Assembly (NCBI RefSeq): GCF_030144855.1
Contig: NC_082710.1
Span: forward strand, 145,142,001-145,206,000
Reading direction: 5' to 3'
Length of the DNA stretch: 64,000 bases
Source of the DNA: Hypanus sabinus
Taxonomy: Eukaryota
A program made the position numbers and the translations under genes. Positions 26,442 through 40,702 of the stretch are shown one piece after another. The stretch's first letter is position 1; each line of letters begins with the position of its first letter. The notes under the pieces were generated by a model that saw only the letters and a list, made by a program, of their open reading frames with translations, searched no databases and had not been told where the DNA came from.

Positions 26442-27200
26442 TCATCATACACAGTGGAGCAATGAACGTTATAGGAATGATGTTACCAAATGGAAAGCAT
26501 AGAAAAGATTTACCATGATGTTGTCAGGAATCGAGTGAAGTAGTTATAGGAGAAGCTGGACAGGCTAGGATTTCTCTCCTTGCTGTATAGGACATTATCT
26601 TGGTATATAAAGATCATGAGGGGCATAGATAGGGTGAATGCACTCAGATTTTTTTTAAATCCCCGGTGTTGGGGAAATCAAGAGATAGAGGACAGTTTTA
26701 AGATGACAGGGAAGATATAATAGGAACTTGAGGGGAAGCCTTTTTTGTGTACATAGAAGGTGGTATGCACATGAAATGAACTGCCAGAGGAAGTGACAGA
26801 GGCAAGTACAACAACTTTTTATAAGACAGCCCTGCTATCCACCCTGCTACTCATGGACTGTTTGCCCCAAATCCCATCAGGGACAAGCCTACAAGGCATC
26901 TATGCCAGGACCACCATACTCAAAAACAGTTACTTCCCACTGCCAGTGGTGGATAAGTGCCCCAGACATAGTGCTGCCCAGAGAGCAGGCAGGGAGTTAT
27001 TCAAACCAGACCCAGCATCCACCCATAGGAGCCAAGTTGCAATCTGAGGGAGCTTCCCTTCTCACTCTACTCTTCACTCTGACTGCAAGGACTTGACAGA
27101 ATTCCAGTGCAGATCCTCCCTGTCAGGCTGCAGTGGGCACGATATTATACACTGACCTCGAACACATCCTCTTCCTCAGAGCAGTGTTCCCCCTCCCTTA

Positions 27201-27398
<198 letters not shown>

Positions 27399-29119
27399 TT
27401 AAAGGGTCACAGATTTTTGTGGAACAGGTTCAAACATTTGCCACCAATCCAGCCCCCCTTCCCCAACTCCCCAAACGCAAGGATCACAGACCTCCAATCA
27501 CTGATAAACTGATAGTTTGAACGACTGGGAAAATTTACTGGAAGTTTTAATGAAGTTGTACTTTGGGTGTGGATGCAGGTGGCATGATTAGTGAGCTTGC
27601 AGATTGGTTTTGGTTTATTATTGTCATATGCACCAAGATACAGTGAAAAGCTGGTTTTAAACATCATTTATACAGATTAAATCATTTCACAATATATTGA
27701 GCTAGAATAAGGTTAAACCATAAATATGTAGAATAAAATATAAAAGCTACCGAAGACAGTGCAGGTAGATGATAAAAAACAAGGTCATAATGTGGTAGAG
27801 TGAGGCCAAGAGTCCATTCGATCATTCAAGAGGTCCATTCAACAGCCCGATAATAGTGGGACAGAAGCTGAGCCTGGTGGAATGCGCTTTCAGGCTTTTG
27901 TACCTTCTCCTGACGGGAGGGAAAAAAGATAGAATGCTGGTGGTGGGTGGGATCCTTTACCGAGGCAGTGAGAGGTACAGACAGGGTCCATAGACAGAAG
28001 GCTGGTTTCTATGATGTGCTAAGCTACGTCCACACTCTCAGTTTCTTGCAGACACACACAGTTGTCATACTGAGCTGTTATGCATCCGTTCAGAATGTTA
28101 TGGTGCATTAATAAATATAACAAATTTCTTTAGCCTCCTGAGGAAATAGGTATTGGTACAACATGGTTGTACCGAGATGTCACAAAAATTGATGGTATAG
28201 TGGACAACGAAGAATTTCTAGTGACACCATAATATGTAGATTAACTTGGGAAAGTGAGCCAAGGAATGGCAGTGGGAACTTAACAGATAAGCAAGAAGTC
28301 ATGCATTTTAGGAAGTCAGACCAGATCAGAACTTACAAAAGTGAACACACACTGGGGTACAGGCACATAGGTGCCCGAAAATTGCAACAATGGTAAACAG
28401 GGTGAAGGTGATGTACGGTATACTTGCCTTCATCAGTCAAGACACTATGTACAGAAGTTTGGAAGTTATTAAAGGTGTATAAAATGTTAATTGGGCTGCA
28501 CTTGAAGCATAGCATGTAATTACATAATTCTGGTGGCACACTATAGCAGGAACGTGATTAAGCTAGAGAGGGTGCAGAATTGACTTGATATAAAGAATAC
28601 AGATTCCAGACCTTTAGCTGCCACCCCCTTTACCTCCTGACTCAGACTGACCATTTTGGTCTCCTCCATTGGGGCCAAACACGTCTTCACCATGTTTTTT
28701 TAAATTAACTTAACACTGAATAGATTTTCAGATAGTAGCTTCACTTCTTCCCCCCAGATCTCTGCCTGTGTCATCCTCTGCTTGTCCCACCACCAAACTT
28801 TTGTCACTTAACCTTTTTTGATACCCATGCTAACAAAGATCTTCCCTTTCGCAAACTTTTAAGATAGGTACACAGAACTTAGAAAAATAGAGGGCTATGT
28901 GGTAGGGAAATTCTAGGTAGTTTCTAGAGGTCACATGATCGGCGCAACATTGTGGGGCGAAGGGCCTGTAATGTGTTGTAGATTGCTATGTTCATTCTCT
29001 CCTCCCTTTTAGGGGCTTTATACAATATCACCAATCTAAAATATTAATGCTTTTCTCTGCACTTACACTGCCTGACCACCCAGGGCTTTGTTTCAAAACT
29101 GAAAACTTTACCCTCTTTA

Positions 29120-31825
29120 ACATAAGAAACTGGAGCAGGAGTAGACCATCTTGTCCGTCGAGCCTGCTCTGCCATTCAGTAAGATCATGGCTGATCTGGC
29201 CATGAACTCATCTCCACCTACCTGCCTTTTCCCAATAACTCTCAGTACCCCTACTATGCAAAAATCTATCCAACCTTGTCTTAAATATATTTACTGAGGG
29301 AGCCTCCACTGCTTCATTGGGCAGAGAATTCCACAGATTCACCTCTCTCTGGGAAAAGCAGTTCATTCTCATCTATATCTACTCCCCCCAATCTTGAGGC
29401 TATGTTCCCTAGTTCTAGTCTCACCTACCAGTGGAAACAACTTTCCTGCCTCTATCTTATCTATCCCTTTCATAATCTTATGTTACTAAAGGTCTTCTCT
29501 CATCCTTCTGAATTCCAGTGAGCACAGTCCCTGGCGACTCAATCTCTCGTCAGTCTAACCCTGTCATCTCCTGAATCAACCTGGTGAACCTCCTCTGCAC
29601 AGCCTCACCAGTACTCTACAGAGTTGCAGCATAACCTCCCTGCTCTTAAGTTCAATCCCTCTAGCAATGAAGGCCGACGTCCAATTCGCCTTCTTGATTG
29701 CCTGGTGCACCTGCAAACCAACATTTTGTGATTCATGCACAAACACTCCCAAGTCCCTCTACACAGCAGCATGCTGCAATTTTTTTTTACCATTGAAATA
29801 ATAAACTGCTCTTCCATTTTTCCTTCCAAAATGAATGACCTCACATTTACCAACATTGTATTCGATATGCCAGACCCCTGCCCACTCACTTAACCAATCT
29901 ATATCTCTCTGTATCTTCTGCACAATCTGCTTTTCCACTCAATTTAGTGTCATCAGCAAACTTAGATACACTACACTCGGTCCCCTCTTCCAGATTGTTA
30001 ACGTATATCGTGAACAGTTGCAGGCCCAGCACCAACCTGTGATATACTGCTCACCACTGATTGACAACCAGAGTAACACCTATGTATCCCAACTCTCTGC
30101 TTTCTATTAGTTACCCAATCCTCTATCCATGCTAATACATCACCCCCAACTCTATGCATCATTATTTTATGGCCAAGTCTTTTATGTGGCACCTTATCGA
30201 ACACCTTTTGAAAATTTATCTGTTTCTCTCTATCCACTGCACTTGTTATATCATTAAAAAACTCCAGTAAGTTTGTCAAACAGGACTCACCTTTGCTGAA
30301 TTCATGCTGTGTCTGCCTGATGGATCCATTTATTTATAGATACCTCGCTACTTCTTCTTTAAATGATAGCTTCAAGCATTTTCCCAACTACAGATGTTAA
30401 ACTAACTGGTCTATAGTTACCTGCATTTTGCCTACATCATTTTTGAACAGTGGCGTGACATTTGCCATCTTCTAATCTGCCACGACCTGCCCAGAGTCCA
30501 GAAAATTTTGGTAAATTATCACCAAAGCCTCTACTATAACTTCTGCCATTTCTTTTGGTACCCTGGGATGCATTCCATCAGGGTTAGAGGACTTATCTAT
30601 CTTCAAGCCCACGTTTGTTCAGCACTGCCTCCTTTGTATCAAGGTCCTCACCTCCCATTGCATCCATAGCATCTCTTTGGCGTGTTAGATGTGTCCTCCA
30701 CTGTGAAGACCAACACAAATAGTCATTCAAAGCATCTGCCATTTCCTCATTACCCAATATCAATTCCACTGTTTCGTCCTCCAAGACCTATGTACACTTT
30801 TTTGCTTTATATGATTATAAAAACTTTTACTGTCTGTTTTTATATTTTGTGCCAGTTTATTTTCATCATCTATCTTCCCTTTCTTTAATGATTCTTTGTT
30901 CTTTGTTGCTTTTTAAAGTTTTTCCAATCTTCCAGTTTCTCACTACTCTTGACAACTTAGTACGCACAAGCTTTTAGCTTGATGCCTTCTTTTATTTCCT
31001 TAATTACCCAAGGCTGGCTCTCCCCACACTTACTGTCCTTGCTTTTAACTGGAATACACTTTGAGCACTGTGAAAAATATCTTTGAAAGTCTTCCACTGT
31101 TCCTCAACCATCCCACCATATAGCCTGTGTTCCCAGTCTATTCTAGCCAAATACCTCTTTATCCTATTGTAGTCTTCATTGTTTAGGCATAATACAATGG
31201 TTTTCGATCAAACCATTGCACCCTCTATTGGTATGAGAAGCTCAGTCATACTGTGATCTCTCTTTCCAAGAGGATCTCTAACTACAAGATCACTAATTTT
31301 ACCTGTCTCATTGCACAGAACCAGATCCAAGATAGCACATTCCCTTGTAGGTTCAGTAACATGTTGTTCAAGAAAGCCATCATGGATGCATTTTATTAAA
31401 TCCTCCTCAAGACTACTTCAACCAACTAGATTTACCCAGTTAAAGTCCCCCACAATAACTGCTGTTCCATTCCTACATGCCTCAGATTTTTCTTTGATCA
31501 TTGCTTGTGCCTCTGTAATGCTAATATTTGGTGGCCAATAGACAGCTCCCACCAGTGATTTTTTCCCTTTACTATTCCTAATCTCTACCCAGATGGACCC
31601 AACATTCTGCTCCTTAGACCTTACATCATCTCTCACTATCACTATCTCACTATCTCATCCTTAATTAAGAGCACTACCCCACCTCCTTTACCTTTGTACC
31701 TATCCTTCCATATTACCTGACATTCTTGTATATTTAATTCTCAATCCTCTCCACTCTGCGACCATGTTTCTGTAAAGGCCACCAAATTGTAGCCCTTTGT
31801 ACTGATTTGTGCCACAAGTTCACTG
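29120..31825 (-). mobile_element. Long decayed CR1 LINE (EN + RT + 3'UTR)
   Basis: GSIWVEIRNSKGKKSLVGAVYWPP..VIVGDFN (EN), TNLLEFFNDIT..FQKVFDKVPHKRL (RT). The 3' end is closely repeated at ~33150-33440. Confidence 0.9.
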
Positions 31826-34209
31826 ACTATGATCACTTTTTTTGTTTTTGTTGTGCTTTATTTCTTGTAAAAGATATATATTTTTGTGTATATGTTGTTA
31901 GCGCCCATGCTGCTGCTGCAATGGGTTTTTCATTGCACCTGTGCATGCATGGAGTTGTGCATATGACAAGTCTATATATGTACTCGATTTGTGACTTTTT
32001 AAAAAATAATTCAGCTTCCTTCTTTCACAGCAAACAGACTGACAAGTGGGTGACTAATGTGTATTCTCAGAAAAGAGCATCTGTAATAATTTCTGTGAAT
32101 TGCTGTACATCATTAACTACCTATGCCATCACCAAGTAACAGATAGCTGTCGCAATACTATATGCTGGAGGATCTCAACAGTTCAGGCAGCATCTACAGA
32201 GAGAAATGGACGGTCAATGTTTCAGGCCAAGACTCATCATCAGGACCAAAAAAATGGAGAGGCAGTAGCCAGTATACAAAGTTGGAAGCAAGGGGTTAAA
32301 CAGGTGAATGGGGTGACGGAGGGGGTAGAATGGGAATGACATTAGAAGCCTTTGTATACAGACAATACAATGCAAATGAAGGATCTTGACTCTCCTCAGA
32401 TACTGCCTGACCTGCTGAGTTCCTCCAGCACTTGGAGTCAACAGACAGTTGTGCTTCAATGAACAACTTATAAGGTTTTGTTTGTTTAGTGTAAATATAG
32501 TCAAGGAGCCATTGAGGTACAGCACAGGAATTTTTCAATGCACTGAATCCACACTGACTATTAACCACTCATTTACACCAATCTTATTTTTAAAAAAAAT
32601 TATTTTCCAACTCTTCCCTGCCCCTCCTCCAGATTCTACCATGCCCCTAAATGCTGGGGACAGTTTACAGAAACCAATCAGCGCAATACCTTTGTGATGA
32701 GAGAGAAAACCAGAGCATTGTGCAGTCGCAGGGAGAACATGCAAACCCCACACAGACAGCAGAGGTCAGGATAGAACCAAGGACTGCACAGCCCAATTAA
32801 AGAAAGGCTTTTATAAAGAAAACAAATGCATTCCACAGGACTTTTCAGTGTAACACAAATCACTTTACATCCATTTAAAGGCAGCTGTTGAATTATAATA
32901 GAGTGAAAGAGGACATTGGGTTATTAATTTGTGCACAGCAAACTCCCACAAAGTACAATCTGTTGTTTTAAAGACGCTCATCAAGGGTTAAGTGGTGATC
33001 TAGTACTGCTGGAGTTTGAAGACCCACACTCAACATTTTAGGAACTGCTTCGTCCCCTCAGCCATCAGATTTTTGAACAGTTTGAGAACACTACCTCGCT
33101 ATTTTGCTCTTTTTTACTCAATTTATTTAATATATTTTTACTGTAATAAAGAACATAAGAAATAGGAGCAGGAGTAGGCCATCTGGCAATTTGAGTCTGC
33201 TCCGTCATTCATTAAGATCATGGCTGATCTGACCAAGGACTCATCTCCACCTACCTGCCTTTTCCCCATAACCCTTAATAACCCTACAATGCAAAAATCT
33301 ATCCAACCTTGTCTTAAATCTATTTGCTGAGGTAACCTCCACTGCATCTTTGGGCAGAGAATTTCACAGATTCATCAGTTGAGGCAGTTTTGCCTCATCT
33401 CCATCCTAAATTTACTCCCCCCAATCTTGAGGCTATGTCCCAATTTAATTTATGGTTAAAATGTATGTATTGCTCTGTAATGTCACTGCAAAAACAACAA
33501 ATTTTACAACATATGTCAATGGTAATAAACCTGATTCTGCTCAAACACAGGAGCATTTTACATGGGACAGGGCTTTGAGTTAAGCATGCCCAAGAGAATT
33601 TGCACTTCCAACAGTACAGCACTCCCTCAGCACTGTCATAACAACTGTAACACAAAGCAGGAGAGAGAAAAATCAAAAGAAAAAGCATTGCCAAATGGCT
33701 TTGTGAACCCTCTATTCTAATCAAGAAAGAGGCATCTGCCCGATCTCTGGCTTTGCCAACCTTCAAGTTATTTTGAGCAGCACGGTAAACTTTCAACATG
33801 TACACTGCCCATAAAATATTCATCATTCCCTAGACAAGGAGCACATTCCCGAAATAAATGATAAAATACGGCACTGTTGAGGTGAAGGAGTGCAAAACAA
33901 TCAAAGATCTGACTTGTAGACAGGGTTGACCAGATGTGTTCTGAAATAAGCCTCCAGTGGAATCCTCCTGGGGAATTAAGGTTGAGTATTGTTAACTAAT
34001 CAAAGACACCCGCTTTGGTGACCAGCAGAACAAGGGATGAGCAGCTGTACAAGAAACTAGATTTTCACTCAAATGCCTGGCAGTGAGCAACAGGCTGGAG
34101 CTAAAGTCTAGACTGAAGGTTCTGCAATGTTAGTTTAACCAGGATCCAGCATTAAATGATGTACTTCACAGCTCCTTGCTTTCTTAATGCCAAACAAAAT
34201 AGTAACAGA

Positions 34210-34223
34210 GTAACCATGGCAAC
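34210..34223. promoter_or_regulatory. RFX X-box motif in intron 7
   Basis: GTAACCATGGCAAC, a near-perfect RFX palindrome, in apparently non-repetitive sequence. Confidence 0.5.
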
Positions 34224-34689
34224 CCTGCTTTGTAATGCACTCTTTCAAAGGCAGGGGTTTTGCCATCATGAGGCACATATAGGGCCTAGTCTCAGCTGTA
34301 CAGACTCATGACCATTTAAAGAATCCAAATAGCTTTGGAATCAGATTATCACTAACGTATAATGTGAAAGCAGTGCAGTGCAAACACAAAAATCCATAAA
34401 TTACAAAAATAGTGCAAAAGACAAAACAAGGTAGTGCTCACGGATTGTTCAGAAATTTAATAGCAGTGGGCAAGAAGCTGTTCCTGAATTTTTGAGTGTA
34501 GTTCTTCAGACTCCTATACCTGTTCCCTTGATGGTAGTAATGATAAAGAGGGTAACGTCTCAGATGTTGAGGATCCTTAGTGATGGATGCTGCTTTCTTA
34601 CGTCACCAGTCCTTGAAGATATCATCAATCATCTGCGTATTCCTCTCAAATAAGACAGCACTTGGCCTAATGACTCCTCCATGACTCAT

Positions 34690-37320
34690 GAATCTCCGGA
34701 GAACAATGTCTGTAACTGTAAACCACTGGAGACTAGATAGGAACAGAGGGATCACTGGTTTCTTGCAAGCTGGGGTGGGGGGGGGGGGGTCTGCCATCAT
34801 ATGGTCTGTAGCAACTGAACACCTTATAATTGAATGCTGGCCACATAACCTGTACAGGGAGTTCACTGTTGTTCATCATTGCTGTCTACAACCCTTACCA
34901 CCTCCCCCACCCACACGAAACAAAACAAGTTTCTGGACAGTCTTTTCAAAATTGCAGGAGATTTCAATTATGTTAACTTGCAGGACATTTTCCGCAAATT
35001 CCACCAAAACCAGGCTACTAGGAGGAACAAACAGGCTGGATTACATTTATATAAACAGACATTGTACTTACAAGTCACCCTATGCCCTTATCTTGGCCTC
35101 TTGGACCACACCTCCATAATGTTAATCCCAACATACTGACTGCTGAAAATGGAGAAACTAGTCAAAAGGTCCAACACTGTAAAGCCTGACAAAGCAATCT
35201 TTATGCTTCAAGACTGTTTTGAATGGACTAACTGGCAGATGTTCGATGAGGTCGCAACAAATAGAGAAGACACAGGTCAAGGAATATGCCTCCCAATGTC
35301 ACCGGCTACATCCGCAAGTGTGTAGACTATATTGGTACCAGAAGAACAGTCATCTCACGCCCAAACCAGAAACCCTGACTGAACTCAGAGGTGTGCTCCC
35401 TCCGAAAGCAAGGAATCAAGACTTCAATTCAGTGCTTTGGCAATGAGTAAAAGGCTGGAGACGAAGTCTAGACTGAAGGTTTTGCAATTTTAGTTTAACC
35501 ATGATCGAGCGTTTCTCACAGCAGCTAGGAGAAACTTCATCTCAGACATCAAGAGGGAAAAGACCACCTCCACAAAAATTCCAGGAACACCTGTCCAAAA
35601 AAAAAAATCCTTAGAATATGCAGCAAGGCATCAAGGGCATTACTATGCAAGGAAACAGTACTGACTGTACCAGTGACGCCTCCCTCCATGACACTCTAAA
35701 CAACTTTTATACACATTTCGAAGCATGCAACAGAACACCACCAATCCCAATTCCAGGTGAGTAGCCACTATATTTAACACCAGCAGACGTGAGAAGGACT
35801 TTGCAGAAGGTCAACCCCCATAAGGTACACGACCAGAAAATATCCCAGGTTAAGTACTCAAGAGTGTTCATGCCAGCTCACTGACATCTTCACAGACACC
35901 TTCAACACTTCACTCACCCAGGCTGCTGTCCCCATATCCTTCAAGTTAGCCATTATCATCCCTCTACCAAAGCACTCTACACCTTTAGAACATAACCACT
36001 GCCCAGTGGCATTGATACCAATCACAAAGTGCTTTGAACAGCTGGTAATGGCACATACCAAAAACTCAATTCCTACCACATTGGACATTCACTCTGACAG
36101 ATACATCTGTCACGCACCTGGCCCTGACACACCTAGAAAACAAGAAAATGTTGGAATGTTGGATTGCAGTTTGACATCCAGTGCTATTCTCCCACAGACC
36201 CTGATGAGTAAACTCCTATTCCCCAGTCTAAATACACCACTGTGCAACTGGATGCCGGACTTCCTGACCAACAAACCTCAGATAGTCAGGATACACATCT
36301 GCTTCTCCCCATCATCCTCAACTCAGGTGCCCCCAGGGCTGTGTGCTGAGCCCATTGCTGTACACTCTGCTACATGCAACTGCATAGCCAAACAACAGAG
36401 TAATCACATTGTCAAGTTCACCAATGACACGACAGTGGTGGGGCTCACCGATGAGATGGTCTACAGAGCAGATATGGAAGAACTCCAGGCCTGGTGCGAA
36501 GCTAATAACCTCTTCCTTAACGTCAACAAGACAAAAGAGATGGTTACCAACTTCAGGAGAACTCACAACACTCTAGCCCTCTTTACATTAGTGGCAAAGT
36601 AGTGCAAACTGCAAACAGTTTCGAACTGCTGGTAGTGCACTCCTTTCACAACCTTTCTTGGTCCCAGATCACATGCTACACAATCAAAAAAGCTCACCAA
36701 CACCTCTACTTTCTGAGGAGGCTAAAGAGAGCTGGACTTGGCACATCCACACTCACGTTATTCTACAGTTGCACAGAGAGCATCCTATCACACTACATCA
36801 CTGAATGGTATGGAAACCGCATTATGGTGCGCAGGAAGACTCTACAACAAGTAGTCAAAACTGCCCAACACATCACTGGCTTCAGCCAACTTGCCATCAG
36901 AAATACCAGAGAAAGCTCAGTAACATCATGAAGGATTCCATCCACCCTTCTCATAGATTGTTTGCCCCACTCCATTCAGGGAGGAGGCTACGTTGCATCT
37001 GCACCAGGAATGCCACACACAAAAACATTTATTTTCCCCAAGCAGCAAGGCTGATCAACACCTCTACCTATTAACCTACTCCATCACACCACCCTCCACC
37101 ACCATTACTTTATCATTTGTCAGTCATGTATAGATATTTCTATATCTAGTGTCACTTTATGTGTATACAATGTATACATGTTATCTTATGCACTTACATT
37201 TATTGTGTATTTTATTATGTTCTTTTTTTTGTGCTGCATCCGATTCGGAGTGACAATTATTGTTCTCCATTACACTTGTGTACTGGAAATAACAATAAAC
37301 AATATTGAATCTCGAATCTC
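34690..37320 (+). mobile_element. Rex1/Babar-like LINE, decayed
   Basis: IAGDFN (EN), TKCFEQLV, LCNW..DFLT, KF.NDTTVVG, LNVNKTKEMV.NFRR, KKAHQHLYFLRRL motifs. Confidence 0.8.
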
Positions 37321-38592
37321 AACCGGTCATTGGTTCAAGTGCTACTTTGGAACCTCAAGCTGCTTTGTACCATGGAGGAACTGGTACGAATTATACACAC
37401 TTTGCATTTCTAGCTGCTTTTTACAAGTTTTAAGTGCTCCACAGCCAAAGTAGACAATATCCGTGACCTCACATTTTGTGCACACAAAGTTCCTGTTAAT
37501 TGGTAATGACCCAGTAATTCAGGACACTGGAGGATCACTATTGGGGACAGTAGTGGAGCAATTTCTCTGACTCTCCTTCAGAACAATACCTTTCACACAA
37601 CCCAAGACAGTGTACAGTGCCAGTCAGAACAGAGACCACAGTCTGGGTTGCAAGACTGAAGAAAAAAAAAATCAATGAATAGGACTTTTGCACCAAAGTT
37701 TCAAACCAACACAATAAATATCACAGGGTCCATGGTATTCTAAGCAATTCTATCCAGGTCAAGAGCTGTGAGTGAAATTTAGAGCAGAATGTGTTTTGGA
37801 GAATTCCCTGCCTTTGAGAAAATCTTCAAACCATGTCAAACAAAATTAATCTACGATTCAAGCAACAGGAAAAGTTTACTGCAGTATCATTATGTACCAA
37901 ATGGAAACACACTGTGTAATTCAACGTCTGATTTGCAACAACTTGGCATAAATACAGAAGGAAAAGTTGGAACAAGGAAATTTTCCAAATGAATGGAGAG
38001 TTCAGATGAATTACATTTGAATATTGAATGAAATGGAAAACTCAGCTGCAGAAATGTTGAACTTTACAATTCATCGAATACCTGCAGGTCAATCTATGAA
38101 GTGGTGAGATGCAGCCCAAGTTTGAGCTTCCAAAGCAAAGCTGCCTGGAAACAAAGTTGGGAGGGGGGGGGGTGGGAAATTAAAAACTGCAGACACTGGA
38201 ATCTGAAATAAAAACAAATGCTGAGTTTATTCTTCAGGTCGTCACGCCTTTCCTGGGTTTTCTGTTTTGATTGGAAGGTGAGCAAAGGCTGATCATCCAA
38301 TGAGCAGATACACCAGTACAACAGCTTCTCAATGTAACATGACAAATGTGGTTGATACTTAACCACAGCAGCTGCTGAGACCATTCTCCTAAGGATACTT
38401 TAAACACATTACTAGAAGAAACTCAGTCTGTCAAAATCAACCCACAACACTGGAGAAAATCAGAGACAGTCTTCTATTTCTACAACACCTTCCACAAGCT
38501 CCACTGCAAGTATCGAGAGGTAGAACATAGAACTGTTCAGCACAGGAACAGGCCCTGTGGCCCACAATGTTGTGTCAAAAATATTAAATTAC

Positions 38593-39217
38593 TGTAACAC
38601 TTACCCAATAGGCTGGTATATGTCTAGGGGAAAAGGAGATCCAGCCACACACCAATCCCACCTCCCGTACACGCAGGTGCTGTGAGAATCGAGTTTGTAC
38701 CTCGCGCCCGCCCACAGTATCAAACCCACAACAAATACCGTTATGAAATACACTTTAAAGAGTTTACTAAAATTAAAAGAGTATTAGGCAATACAATATA
38801 TATGCAAGGGAAAAAAAACAAAAAGGCGCCAACTTATCAAAGTTCAGTCAGTTTAGTGCACATCGTTGGAGCTCAAACATCAAACCATTCGACCCCTCGT
38901 CGCTTGCCTCCGACCTCCACGTCTTCGCACCTAGGACCGCGCCCGGTGGTCTTCCGAGCAGTGCAGCGCACGTCCACCTTCCTCGACGTCTTCCTCCCAG
39001 CTCTCTCCCCAAAAGCCCGCGAAAAACCCCTCCCCCAAGTTCCCAGCCTCACAAGACAAAATAACATTCCCCATTGGTTAACAAATGAATACAATTACCA
39101 TATCAACAAGTATAAAGCAAAACAACTGCGAGAGAAACACTTATTAGACAAAGAAGCATTCCTACTCTTAACAAACCAAAAAACCCATTTTGAGTAACAT
39201 ACACAGGACATTGTACA
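38593..39217 (-). mobile_element. Solo LTR (625 bp), Gypsy-like
   Basis: TGTA...TACA termini; 4-bp TSD TTAC at 38589-38592 and 39218-39221; CpG-rich. Orientation inferred from AGTAAA and a GT-rich downstream tract on the minus strand. Confidence 0.8.
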
Positions 39218-39961
39218 TTACTAATCAAAATTAAATTTGCAATCATAAAGTAAGCACTTGCTGTTGTAATGTAGAGATTTCTGTAGCTAATTTACCGCAA
39301 ATACTCTTCACAAACAGCAGAGTAAAGTGACTGGAGTTACCACTTGAGTGAGGCTATTGCAGTACATGACTTTATATTTAAATTTTTTTTTAAACTTTCT
39401 GACATTCTTCACTTCTGAGAGGTGATCATCCTGTGTGATTGGAATTTGTTTATTATCACATGTACAGTAAAAAGCTCATTCAGATCAATTCATTAAATAG
39501 GGCACTAAGGCAGTACAAGATAAATCAATAACAAATGCAGAATAAAGTGCACCAGCGACAAGTGCAGTGCAGGTAGACAATAATATGCAAAATCATAATG
39601 AGGTAGAATGTGAGGCCAAGATTTCATATCGTACTAAGAAACCATTCAATAGATTTGTTTCCTTTATCTTCATTACAGTTCAATGACTTGGCCCTGAAGA
39701 TAAGCTGCTGTGACTTGCATATTGGGAAGGCAAGATCACTGAGCACTTCTGATCAGGATTTAATTTCAAGGAACTGCCCCATGTAAAGGATTGCCCCTGT
39801 AGGGTTACGACACATTCCCCTCATTGAATAAAGTTACACACTTTAAAAAAAATTTACCAACTATTTCACAGGAATAAATGCAATCTGTTCCGAGGGATAA
39901 TAGCCCCAGACTAGTGAAGCCCAACCTTGTTAGGTACCAGTGAACAAGATGATAAAATTTA

Positions 39962-40129
<168 letters not shown>

Positions 40130-40702
40130 TCAGACCAAAGTGATTTCACATTGAGGACAAAAATCAATTTAACGAGGAGGTTTATAACTGAAGAATATAG
40201 ACCACCAACCTTGATTAGGGAACAGCAAAAGTACACATGGTCCTGTCCCTCACTAGCATTTACCTTTAACCCTCTCCATCCTCCACCATCACTACCTCAC
40301 TCCACTCGTCTCCCTCAAACTTTTACTCAGCTTCCCCATAAACCCACTCTGCCCTTCATTTTAACACCTCCCTGTGAAGGCAAATTCCACATTCTCCTCA
40401 GTCTCTCAAACACTTAGAAGTTTCATGCTGGATTTATTCAGAATCTGGGGACAAACAGCAGATTGGGTTGTGAGCTGGCTTACAGGACAGAGGAAGAACA
40501 AAGAGCTCAGTGGCAGTCAGCTGGCTGAGATGTGTTTATGCTTCCTCCCACAACCTCCATCTTCTCAGTGTTATCCAGCCACCACCTCAGCTCTTCATCG
40601 CGGAAGCAAGTTCCACATCTCCCCTGCCCCTGCTCTCCTAAATTTCTGACTAGATTTATTAAATGCATCACCAGTACCAACCTACCCACCATCAAGGACA
40701 TA

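Noticed and set aside
38682-39197. 171-aa ORF
   Set aside because: Lies wholly inside the solo LTR; non-ATG start, no gag/pol motifs.
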